Shown here in pieces: positions 53,271 to 64,000 of a stretch of DNA of 64,000 bases. The DNA is from Octopus bimaculoides (taxonomy: Eukaryota): the NCBI RefSeq assembly GCF_001194135.2, contig NC_068990.1:2303245-2367244 (forward strand), read 5' to 3'. How positions within the stretch are numbered: position 1 is the first letter of the stretch; each line of letters begins with the position of its first letter. The notes under the pieces were generated by a model, which saw nothing but the letters and a program-made list of their open reading frames with translations, did not search any database and had not been told where the DNA came from. A program made the position numbers and the translations under genes.

Positions 53271-53274
<4 letters not shown>
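52605..53274 (-). mobile_element. mariner 5' half (TIR, HTH domains, WVPHEL region, first catalytic D)
   Basis: ORF 52767-53090 MEISKEYLRHIMFYEYKIGNSAAKATRN..FRSGHFSLEDE..GRPVEFDD..TVHRHL, then frameshifted WVPHEL-like and FLDRLVTGDGK. TIR-like CAGTTTATCCCATAAATTCTGTCCG abuts (TA)n. Confidence 0.92.
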
Positions 53275-53304
<30 letters not shown>

Positions 53305-54747
53305 NNNNNNNNNNNNNNNNNNNNNNNNNNNNNNNNNNNNNNNNNNNNNNNNNNNNNNNNNNNNNNNNNNNNNNNNNNNNNNNNNNNNNNNNNNNNNNNN
53401 NNNNNNNNNNNNNNNNNNNNNNNNNNNNNNNNNNNNNNNNNNNNNNNNNNNNNNNNNNNNNNNNNNNNNNNNNNNNNNNNNNNNNNNNNNNNNNNNNNNN
53501 NNNNNNNNNNNNNNNNNNNNNNNNNNNNNNNNNNNNNNNNATATATATATATATATATATACAGAGAGAGAGAGAGAAAGAGACAGAGTGAGAGAAAGTG
53601 AAAATGTGAAAAAGAAAGTGAAAGAGACTTGTGATTGAAATAATAATTTGATGTGATAATCAATGTTTTGAATTTTGCAACGTATTCCAAAGAATTTTTT
53701 TCTGAATATGTCAGTTTAAACTCTACATAACGTGGGCATAAATGATTTCGCAGAGCTAAAACATAGAATACAATAAAAAGAAATGATTTTAAAATAATCT
53801 CAGAAAAACAAATTTCTTCCTACTTCTATATTTATTAATTTACTACCACATTTTTCACATTTCTTCCTTTATTTTGCTTGAATAATGAAACAAAAACAGA
53901 AAAGAAAACTAACATAAAATACGAAAAATAATTTTAACTTAAAATAATTGAAAACTAATTAATATTGAAATAGTTTCTACGCAAGATTAACCATTTTTCA
54001 TCTACTCATTCATGGAATCACTACAAGTTCGCTGTACGTCCTCCTTAAGAGACACTCCAAATAAAAATGAATTCTTTTTTCTGGCAACATATGAAAACGG
54101 AACGAAATTGTATTCTTTTTGTCCATTCTATATTTATAGCTTTCTGTTTTATTGCTTTTTCTTTGATTTTATTTTTATCAATCAAGTTTGATTAAGTGTT
54201 GTTTAGCTTCAATTTTTTTTTCTGTTTAAATTTTATGCAGTACTGTTGTGTATTTGCTTTCAATGTTATTGTCGAGGATAATATTAATTTAGAAATTTTA
54301 GCAAAATGGTTGTTAAAAGCATAGTTCCTTCCACAATTCAGATTCTAAAATTCTGTCCGCTCGTAAATATCACGTGAATATTCTGTACGCTACGTATATA
54401 TATNNNNNNNNNNNNNNNNNNNNNNNTATATATATATATATTAATGAAATTTTACGAAGTTTTATAATTTAGTAATTATATTTTCCAATTTCCTGTTGAA
54501 TACTGTTTCACCGAAATTTAGTTTATTGAAACTATTTTTCTTTATTTTAAAAAGTCAATTTTTCATCAATTCTCCATGATTTTAGACTTGTTATACACAT
54601 GTTCGATGATATTTGAAATTAACCTAACAATTGAGAAATAATTACTAAATGGATGGTAGTAAATCTACACCGATAAAAACCACATACATACACATACATA
54701 TATATTTATATGTACGCGCATAATACGTATATTTATTCACACATATA

Positions 54748-55600
54748 CGAGGTGCATTCTAGATGGTTTGAGGGATTTTTTGAGTTGAGGCAGCTTCAAT
54801 TGTCCTTGATTATTGTAATGTTAGTATATCCTTATAATATAATTTAATAAGCTGACCAGCAAAGTGTTCCAGATTTAAGATCGAAAGAGACGGTTGTAAA
54901 ATCACTTTGAGCATATCCTACTAAACGCTGTTTTTCATAACTCATTAGTTTAGAGAATTCAGTAAGGATGTGAAGACAATTTGGAAGCTGGCTATGTAAT
55001 AAATTTTTCAGTTAAAGAGGGAAAAAGACCTACAGAACTTATGGGTTAACGGCACAAGACTATAAGAATTGTAGTAGAAGGACGTCAAAACATCAGAGAT
55101 GGTTGAGAAAATTTGTAATTCTCGACACGGGTATGGTCGCATGTCTATAAAGGCAATATGGGTACTGTGTGGAGTTGTGGAAACTGCACACAGAACTAAT
55201 GATGAAGGTCTGAGCATGCACAACTATATACGAAGTTTGATCCTAGGGTACTCAGTGACGAATATAAGTTAAAGACGCGTTCTGTACAATGGAAACATCC
55301 TGGCTCTTCCAGACCAAAGAAGGCCAAGCAAAGCAAATTCACCCCTTTTTTGCCAAACTACTTGACAGACATGGGAATCAGACTGTCTCGCTTTCTGCCT
55401 GCAGATCATACCTTACTCCTTATCCCATTTGGTTGTTCCCAAAGCTGAAGGGGAACCTCAGGAGCAGTCGATCTGAAGACACTGAGATGATGAAGGAATC
55501 TGTGACAAGGGCCCTGGACACCTGATTCGAAGACTTCTAGGGTGCGTTCATAAAGCTCCTGCAGCGCTCCAGCAAAAAACATTGAAGGTAGAGGATTCTG
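54748..55600 (+). mobile_element. mariner relic with several internal deletions
   Basis: Starts TA-CGAGGTGCATTC; remnants YVINFSVKEGKRPTE, SVQWKHPGSSRPKKAKQSK, WLFPKLKGNLR, EDF*GAFIKLLQR. Confidence 0.75.
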
Positions 55601-55714
55601 TTTTGTACTCCTTTCAAATTTATAAATATCTATCCTCAAAATGTCTCAGAAGTTCTGTAGCACACCTTGCTTGTATATATATATGTAGCTATATATACCC
55701 GAGGCACAATATTT

Positions 55715-55790
55715 TAATGGCGGTGCTCCAACATGGCCACAATCATTGGACTGAAACATATAAAAGAAGAATAAAAGAAGAATATGAAAT
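55715..55790 (-). mobile_element. SINE-like family-B head fragment
   Basis: GGCGGTGCTCCAACATGGCCACA..GACTGAAACA..AAAAGAATAAAAG. Confidence 0.6.
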
Positions 55791-57584
55791 TGTTGTTTTT
55801 TCTATAAATCATTTTAAAATACTTTAAAATATATATTGACCTACATCCACGATAATGCAGACAGGGAAGTTTAGAAAATAATTAAATACAAAGATTATAT
55901 ATTTTGCTCAATGCATTTACTAATCCAACATATATGTTTGCGATCTTCTGTTGTCGACCTGATAAAATGCAGTAAACACAGTCGATTTCTACTCGATGAT
56001 ACACTTCGGTAGTTACAAACTCCGATCAAAGAATACACCCTGACACACGCATCAGCGGTCGAAATCCCCTGCAGAAATTCCGGAACCAAATCCTGAGCAT
56101 TACCAATAGACACATTTCTTATGGGACAATAAAAATCAACAGACACCAACAATTGTACGACGTTCTTTGATTAAACGAATATCTCCCACCAACTTCAGCA
56201 CAAGACAAAATATTTCCCTACGTTTTCTTTTCAAACATGTAGCTTCTAAAGATATCTATCAAGAGAAAAGCAGATAATTTGTCAAATTCAATATAATTCA
56301 TTACGCTTCTTTCCTCTAGACTTTAACAACACGTTGTTATACACAAGCATACATAGTTTGAACTATAGCAAATCTAGACGTATTCTGCATTTAATGTCTT
56401 TATTACAGTTAACGAATAATCTTTGTTTGTAATCACATGTAATTATTCCCAACTACATTAATTCTGATTTTTAAATCCTTTATATAGTGCTGGATGATGG
56501 CAGAGAGAGAATAGAATTCTAGATCTGTTATTCATGAATCAAAGTTGTATTACTTTGTCGTCAACAAAGACAATTTTTATTGAAGAAGGTCTCTCCTAGA
56601 AGAGCATAATTTGCATAATGCATACTATTCTGAAATTCCTATAGCAAAACAGTATAGTTGCTTTGACACTGGCATGTCGTAGCAGTGTTTCTCCCATTAT
56701 GTTAGCATTGTCAGTTAGAATCATTTACATGCATCACAACGCTATTGAAGATACTTAACATCAGACCTCTCTCAACGAATGGAAATCGATTATTCAACAT
56801 ATACATCACCAACATATTTCATTCATAACGTAATTACCTCACAAAATCCACCTAGTGCAAAACTTTGAATGGTAATAGAATGACTCATGAATTACTACAC
56901 ACACACACACGCACATACATACACACACATAAGCGTGTATGCCTGTATGAGGGATTTATAATATAATTTGTACACGCACACGCCTGTACACAAATTCTTT
57001 TAAATACATACCCGCTTGTGTTTGTATATTAGAATGTGTGTGCATGTTTAAGTGGATGCAAGTGTAATTTTGTGTTGATACGATGTTTTGCATATTAATA
57101 TATGAATATAACATATTACATTAGCACAAAAGTCCACAATGTAAAAGAAGGCTTATAGACAATTGAATGAACCACTGTTATTACTGGCAATTCTGTTATC
57201 TCGTCCTCAAGCAAATGAGGACAATAGAACACGCTAGGATATGAATTATAACGTAAATATACTTAACTAAATACCGCAGGCATTCAACCCAACACATTAC
57301 GGTTTCTGTTATTGTGTTACTCTAATATATACATTGTCTAGTAAAATGAAATTTTGTTAATAAATTGTTGTTTCATGGAAGGCAGAGCAGAATGATTGCA
57401 TATATTGCATAGAAATATGACGTAACCAACCATAAGGCGATTATATAGGTATGCAGATGCAATATGTATAGAGCAGTAACTAAAACGATATTAGTTGCTA
57501 AATATGCATGCGTATATATACATGTGTACATAAATAAATGCGTATATACATGAATATACACAGACAAACTAAAGCGCGCGCGCG

Positions 57585-57622
<38 letters not shown>

Positions 57623-58652
57623 CAAATATACATTCATACATACATACAATCGTACATATATATTAGTATACAGACGTTTGTTTGAACGTGTGTGTATATA
57701 TCTATGTGTGAGTGAATTATTGATATGCACTTTTCTGTTGTAGGTTTCGAACATAATTCTGTATAATCGGTAATGTGTTTGTTCCAACCAACATACTTAT
57801 ATTTCCTTTATATCGACTGTAAAACATCTCAGACATCTCACATCATGTTTATTCCCATGTTCCAAATGCATTCCATTTATTTTCATCAATATTTTTATCC
57901 TTAGCTCACGCTTTGTTATTGAAGCCTATGTTTCCTTGCTTTCGTAATATTCTTTGTTAATAACTTGTTCAACATATCTATATAATAGTCTTGCTTTTAA
58001 TTTTCTGCATCTCTTCTCAACCCAGAGGAATTTCTGTAAGCAGCATCCCATGTTGATGAAGTTATCCTATCATTTCGGTTTAGTCTACTCCACTTCTAAA
58101 GCTCTGGTATTTTTATGCTCTGCCCTAAAATAGTTTATGTCAATTTGTATCTACTATTATAATCGATAATGAAGCTTTAAAGATGAAAGTGTGCGTATAT
58201 TTTTCCGAAATGAAACTACTCTCAAGCTGTACTTTACTTAATATTATAGATCCATTAACATTGCGGATTTGTAGAAAGGACATTTATGTTTGGGCTGTGT
58301 TGCATTTAATAGATAAGAAATGTTTCCTGTCGATAACCGCTGCATTGCGATTTTGATTGCTCGAATTTCATCGAGTGTTAATACTAACGGCTAGATGAAA
58401 TAAACCATGTCGAATGCCAAAGACTGATTTACAGAGTTCAGAAATAAAAAGTAGATGCAGTTCTACAAGCATTTTAATATAGTATACATATTTAAACCGC
58501 ATTAGTGTGTACGGATAAGGATGCAGTCTCGTTTGTAAACTATTGTTGTTTAGCTCCAGGCCAACTCCAATCAATAAGATATGGGAAAAAATGTGACTAC
58601 AGACTGACTGCTACACAGACAGACAGACACAGACAGAAAGCTAGAAAGATAT

Positions 58653-58683
<31 letters not shown>

Positions 58684-58901
58684 NNNNNNNNNNNNNNNNN
58701 NNNNNNNNNNNNNNNNNNNNNNNNNNNNNNNNNNNNNNNNNNNNNNNNNNNNNNNNNNNNNNNNNNNNNNNNNNNNNNNNNNNNNNNNNNNNNNNNNNNN
58801 NNNNNNNNNNNNNNNNNNNNNNNNNNNNNNNNNNNNNNNNNNNNNNNNNNNNNNNNNNNNNNNNNNNNNNNNNNNNNNNNNNNNNNNNNNNNNNNNNNNN
58901 N

Positions 58902-58941
<40 letters not shown>

Positions 58942-58970
58942 TGATAGATAGATTGATAGATAGATAGATT

Positions 58971-59010
<40 letters not shown>

Positions 59011-59050
59011 CATACATACATACATACATACATACAGATAGATAGATAGC
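58902..59050. repeat. (GATA)n/(CATA)n tetranucleotide repeat
   Basis: Directly visible. Confidence 0.95.
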
Positions 59051-60047
59051 TGTTCAATGTAATCCAAATCTATATACACAGTCACACATTTCTTAGAAAT
59101 AATATTCCTAGCACTGTGGGTTTTTTTTACTGCAGAATAAACTTTCATCGTTATCTTTATGGCATTTATGCATTATCCAAAATATATTCCCGTTGTTAGC
59201 GAGTAATATGTGATATGAGAGAGATTCAACTGCTATTTCAAGCAAGTCGAACGACCATCTGAAAATCTTTCGTTGGTTTATTGCAAATAAGTTGAATCGT
59301 TAGAATTCTGTGAACGATTCTCAAATATAAGTAATAATTACTGCTAGTGAAGCTGTGATAACTGATAAGAAAGTTCTTCGCTATAGTGGAAGTATAGATG
59401 TCAGACGGTTATCCATTTTCTTTACAATCCTTTATCACCGTGTATCTACAAATCAGTAGATTGCACTTTGTAATTTTCGTTGAGCATAAAAAATGTCAAA
59501 TTATATTTATTTACTATACACAAAAGGATTTCTTTCGAAAAGGTATTGAGTACTTGCTATAAAGATAACTATAGAAATGTAACGACGCCAACTCCGTGAC
59601 TGACGGAAGGATAGACATCAACAAAACAAGCGAAAGGAATAGATTCGTCAATGAAATATTAAAAAGTGTTCTAACAAAGCGTAGTAGAATGACCCGACAT
59701 AGACATAAAGGGCTCTATTATTTCTTTAGTCTATAAGTTCAAACCACGCTGGGATTTTCTTAAATTATTTCGCTTATGTGAATAGCACTTTTGAAAGGAA
59801 ACATTCAGTTCGCTACATTTTCTCCTTTTTGTAAATTTTCGGCCGAGGGTCAGTTTAAGAAATCAATATTAAGATGTTATAAAGACGTGTGAGTAGTCAG
59901 AATTGATATTTATACATAATTAACTAGTTAATATACTCATGTCATTTGATTTGACTGCTGTATATCTGCAAATATTTGACGTTAAATTCAACTAATATTG
60001 GGAGAAGGTGGAGACTTGTGAGTAGCCATCCACGTAAAGCCCGTGTG

Positions 60048-60089
<42 letters not shown>

Positions 60090-60290
60090 NNNNNNNNNNN
60101 NNNNNNNNNNNNNNNNNNNNNNNNNNNNNNNNNNNNNNNNNNNNNNNNNNNNNNNNNNNNNNNNNNNNNNNNNNNNNNNNNNNNNNNNNNNNNNNNNNNN
60201 NNNNNNNNNNNNNNNNNNNNNNNNNNNNNNNNNNNNNNNNNNNNNNNNNNNNNNNNNNNNNNNNNNNNNNNNNNNNNNNNNNNNNNNNNN

Positions 60291-60322
<32 letters not shown>

Positions 60323-61087
60323 CCCTGAAACTCGAGTACGTACGTATCGTAGATCAAGATGGGAAGGATAACTTCCCTTGGCAAATACAGTCAGGACACA
60401 GAAGTGTGTCGATAACCAGCTGGAGAAGATGTCCTCCTGGGGCTAAAAGCAACAGTAACATCCACCCCTCGGGGTCAGCCACATTTAAGTGGCAAATATA
60501 CTTCACTTTATCGTGCAGTTACTGTTAATACCTCGTTCAGAGATTTAACATATATATATATATATATACACATATATAAATGTCTTATTGTATATATACA
60601 TATGTGTTTGTGTGCGTGCGTGTGTATGTGTGCGTATGCGTATGTGTGTGTATGCATGTATACACAGAAACACAGACACGCAGGCACACAGGCAAACATA
60701 CACACACATGCACACTCACACAGGTTTACATCGGAGTTAAAATTAGTTGATCCAATTTTATATGAAAATTTTCCAAAGCTTATATGAAACTCGGAATAAT
60801 ACACTTAATTCTATTATGCAATTAAGACGAAATTTATATTTTTTAATACTGAATGCTCATTGTTTCATGATACTTGCTCCCTATCTCGTTCCCATTCCCT
60901 CTTACTATTTACATATATACATACATACGTACACACACACAAACACACACACACATACCATATATCATCGCATGTACAGTGAACAGCGGCAATCAATACG
61001 ATGACTTGCATCTTTATTTTTAGTACCTACAACCAGGCTTGAACATAAATATACCAGTCACTGTTGCGTTGCTACATTCACGTGTAG

Positions 61088-61285
61088 GACAACGGTGTGC
61101 TCATCAGGCACTCGATTCATTAGCACAAGGGTCTCTGGGGCAGCCGGTTTCAATATAGTTGTGAGTCGTGAGCCAGAGGCAACCGGACTAACAAGAGTAG
61201 AACAGCTTGTTTATAACGTCTATGAACAAACTGCTCTGATCAGTGCTTATATCTACCGAGTGATAACAAGATCCTCATCCACACG
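61088..61285 (+). CDS. Candidate coding exon of an unidentified protein (module copy 1)
   Basis: Acceptor-like CACGTGTAG (61079-61087), open frame TTVCSSGTRFISTRVSGAAGFNIVVSREPEATGLTRVEQLVYNVYEQTALISAYIYRVITRSSST, donor-like ACG|GTACGC; 198 nt, phase 2-2. Best support is codon-level conservation with copy 2. The splice sites are only moderate. Confidence 0.4.
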
Positions 61286-61386
61286 GTACGCAGCGAGAAT
61301 CAAAACGATACTTTACAAACTCATTCTTAAAACAATCCGGCAGATTCGAATAGGAATATGCTAATTGCTGTTGCGTTTCGTCACAG

Positions 61387-61535
61387 AAAGATAATTTCTC
61401 CTTCAGGACGAAAGTGTAGCACACTTAATACACCGGTGAAAGTGGTTTTGACATCATTGTGTCTCGTCATCCAGAAGTATTCGGATTAATGAACCCAACA
61501 AGAGTCGAAGCTCTTGTTTAGAACATCAGCGAACA
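61387..61535 (+). pseudogene. Disabled paralog of the same module (copy 2)
   Basis: After CGTCACAG: KIISPSGRKCSTLNT, 1-nt frameshift, GESGFDIIVSRHPEVFGLMNPTRVEALV*NI with TAG at 61519-61521; ends in (CA)n. Confidence 0.45.
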
Positions 61536-62320
61536 TTCGCACTCACACACACACACATACACACACACATACACACACACAAACGTACACACACACACAC
61601 ACAGATAGAGAAATAAACACAGTCATATACATATTTAGCAAGTAGAAAATTTGTGGCAACAAAATACAGTAATTGTTTTAGATTACCAGAAAGTAAATAG
61701 AATAGACAACATTTTCACCCTTCCGGATGAAGGCCCTTCATATGAAAGTAAAAGAAAAACAAAATGGATGAAAAATACAAAGGGGAAATATTGGATGCAG
61801 GAAACATTTATCAAAAAATTTAAAGGACGAAATGCCCTCGGAAGTAAACTTAAGCACCGTAATTGTAAAGGACGTTAGAATAGGCCACGACTAATTTTCA
61901 GCTGTTGAAGAGTGAAAATAGTTAATGAGTAGAGCATTGGGTGTAGGATAACATTTTTAAAGCAGCATAATACGTGATGAAGTCTATGTTGCAGACACTA
62001 TAAATTGCTATGAGCTAAGAACCTATCCGGCAACAGATGATGGGGTTGTTTTCTGGAAACCTAAATGTCTATACGTTAACTTGAGTCAGTCTATCGATTT
62101 CTAACCCAAAGGTACTAAAACTTTGGTATAATTTTATTATTCATGGCTGAATCAACTTTGTTAAGTGGAAGATACGTTACATCTCCCATGTATGTATGTA
62201 CGTATGTATGTATATATGTATGTATGTATGTATGCATGTATGCATGTATGTATGTATGTATGTATGTATGTATCTATACATCTATCTATCTCTCTATCCA
62301 TCTCTCTCTCTCTCTCTCTG

Positions 62321-62351
<31 letters not shown>

Positions 62352-62491
62352 TATANNNNNNNNNNNNNNNNNNNNNNNNNNNNNNNNNNNNNNNNNNNNN
62401 NNNNNNNNNNNNNNNNNNNNNNNNNNNNNNNNNNNNNNNNNNNNNNNNNNNNNNNNNNNNNTATATATATATATATATATACATATATATA

Positions 62492-62642
62492 CAGGGTGCG
62501 TAAGACATTTGAGGACATACCCGTCTTAGGGTCATTACTACATTTTTTGATAACTCTGAACAATCTTTGTTTCAGAGACTAATAATGGCAGACCCTCAGC
62601 TTACTCAAGAAATGAAGAGGCATGCTGTTATTGTGCTTATAA
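62492..62642 (+). mobile_element. 5' end of a second copy of the maT-like element at 42182-43401
   Basis: TA-CAGGGTGCGTAAGACATTTGAGGACA TIR, matching 5' UTR, and MADPQLTQEMKRHAVIVLI (ATG 62585) versus MANPQLIQEMKRYAVVMVI. Confidence 0.88.
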
Positions 62643-63694
62643 TACAGACAACTCTTCTCAACGCTGGAGCTTTTCTGTCGCTCGGTCGACGAGAAATCGC
62701 AACGAATTTCTCTTTTAAAGCACACACTATTGCCTTAAGTAATGAAAATACATTTTACACTTAGATAAAAAGATACAGTATATTCGAAGTCATGTCTGAG
62801 TGATTGGGACTCACATGGAAATAAATAGATGAAACAAAAACAATCTATGCAAATCACAGTAAATGGATGAAATATGTAACTGAATTGTAAGTAATAATGA
62901 AATACTACAGCTTACCTTTAAGGATCGTTGCATCATTTTAAAACTAAATTTTCGTTTTCCTGCTGGCTTGGACTTGATTAAAATCTTACCGTGCCTACAG
63001 ATTTGTGAAAGGTGTTCTTTAGTTTAGCAATTTGCCGAACATAAAGCATACTGACAACGTCTTCTGCGGTATTATAGAAAATCCACAAATCAAATAGGAA
63101 TACTACTCAAATATTCGGCATTTTTGAAATGACACAGCATTACATTCTACGCGCCGAAGAAGATGATAACGCTGATATCGCTGGTTACCTAAATCAATAG
63201 CAGTGAATCAAAATCGAAACACATAAACCATTTTCGTTGCCTGTTCCCGTAGATTAGCATGAATTCTCATGTGTATAAAGGATGAATAAATCACTCAAAC
63301 CTGTTAGACTTTACAGTGTTTGGCGAAATGCAGTTAGTCAAATCAAATAGAAAACTCATAAAAAATTTATTATTGCATGAATTCGGTTGGAATTTACAGA
63401 TATGATATTCGATCTTTGGTGTACGTTGTGAATGTGGGTTTTACACGTTGAATTTTACTTGTCATCATGTGCTTTCACCTATCAAGTTAGGTTGAACACA
63501 ATGAAGTCGGATACATGTCCTTTCACGCCCTTTCACTTACACTTAAATGTTATTGTTTCCCGGGCGTTGATTTTTATAATTGAATTATAACTGAATCATA
63601 AAAGATACAAAAGTAATAAATAATTATTTCTAATTTTGGTACTCTAACAACTTGGCTGGTATTATATTTCGTCGAACTGAAAATGATGATAGAC

Positions 63695-63790
63695 AAAATT
63701 GGTCTCGGCGCGATTAGAATTCAGAAGGTAAAATGTCATGAAAAATCGCTGCGAAGTATTTCGTCGACGATGTAACGGTTCTGCTAGCGT
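63695..63790 (-). mobile_element. SINE family A head fragment, decayed
   Basis: GGTCTCGGCGCGATTAGAATTCAGAAGGTAAA..GCGAAGTATTTCG..GTAACGGTTCTGCTAGC resembles the reverse complement of 14068-14170. Confidence 0.55.
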
Positions 63791-64000
63791 ATTGCCAATC
63801 CAAATACGGTTTCGCGTGATGTAGAATTTACGAAAGGCGCGATTATTTGCGTTAAAAGAATTTAGAAGTAACCAAATTTGAGTTTGACCTCAGAGTAGCT
63901 GGAAAGACCAAGTAAAACAAATTTCCGTACTTATTCACATATCTCTCCGCCATTTTTTACCCATATCGTGCTTGTAGACTCAAATTCTGCCCAAACAAAC

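Noticed and set aside
61722-61752. CCGGATGAAGGCCCTTCATATGAAAGTA, hammerhead/PLE-tail-like
   Set aside because: Core has an extra base, stem II does not pair and there is no GUH triplet.

Overview
AT-rich eukaryotic scaffold with 17 N-gaps by my count, most flanked by (TA)n, (CA)n or (GA)n. The SINE families and dense microsatellites look like a coleoid cephalopod, probably Octopus (inference from recalled repeat motifs, not a database search). I find no intact protein-coding gene, rRNA, tRNA gene or CRISPR array; the window looks intronic or intergenic. Recognisable content is decayed mobile DNA: two Dong/R4-clade RLE non-LTR retrotransposon pieces beside (TAA)n-type microsatellites, three Penelope-like (PLE) pieces, a PLE-type hammerhead ribozyme motif, one RTE RT fragment, four mariner relics, one full-length maT-like (DD37D-type) Tc1/mariner relic plus two fragments, and many SINEs. 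Most noteworthy: (1) a tandem pair of unidentified coding modules at 61.09-61.53 kb whose differences are heavily synonymous; (2) a Dong/R4 element with its whole RT deleted and a 32-nt templated inversion at the junction; (3) two unrelated retroelements joined back-to-back at their YxDD motifs through one (TAT)7 tract. All translations and alignments were done by eye; boundaries of decayed elements are approximate.
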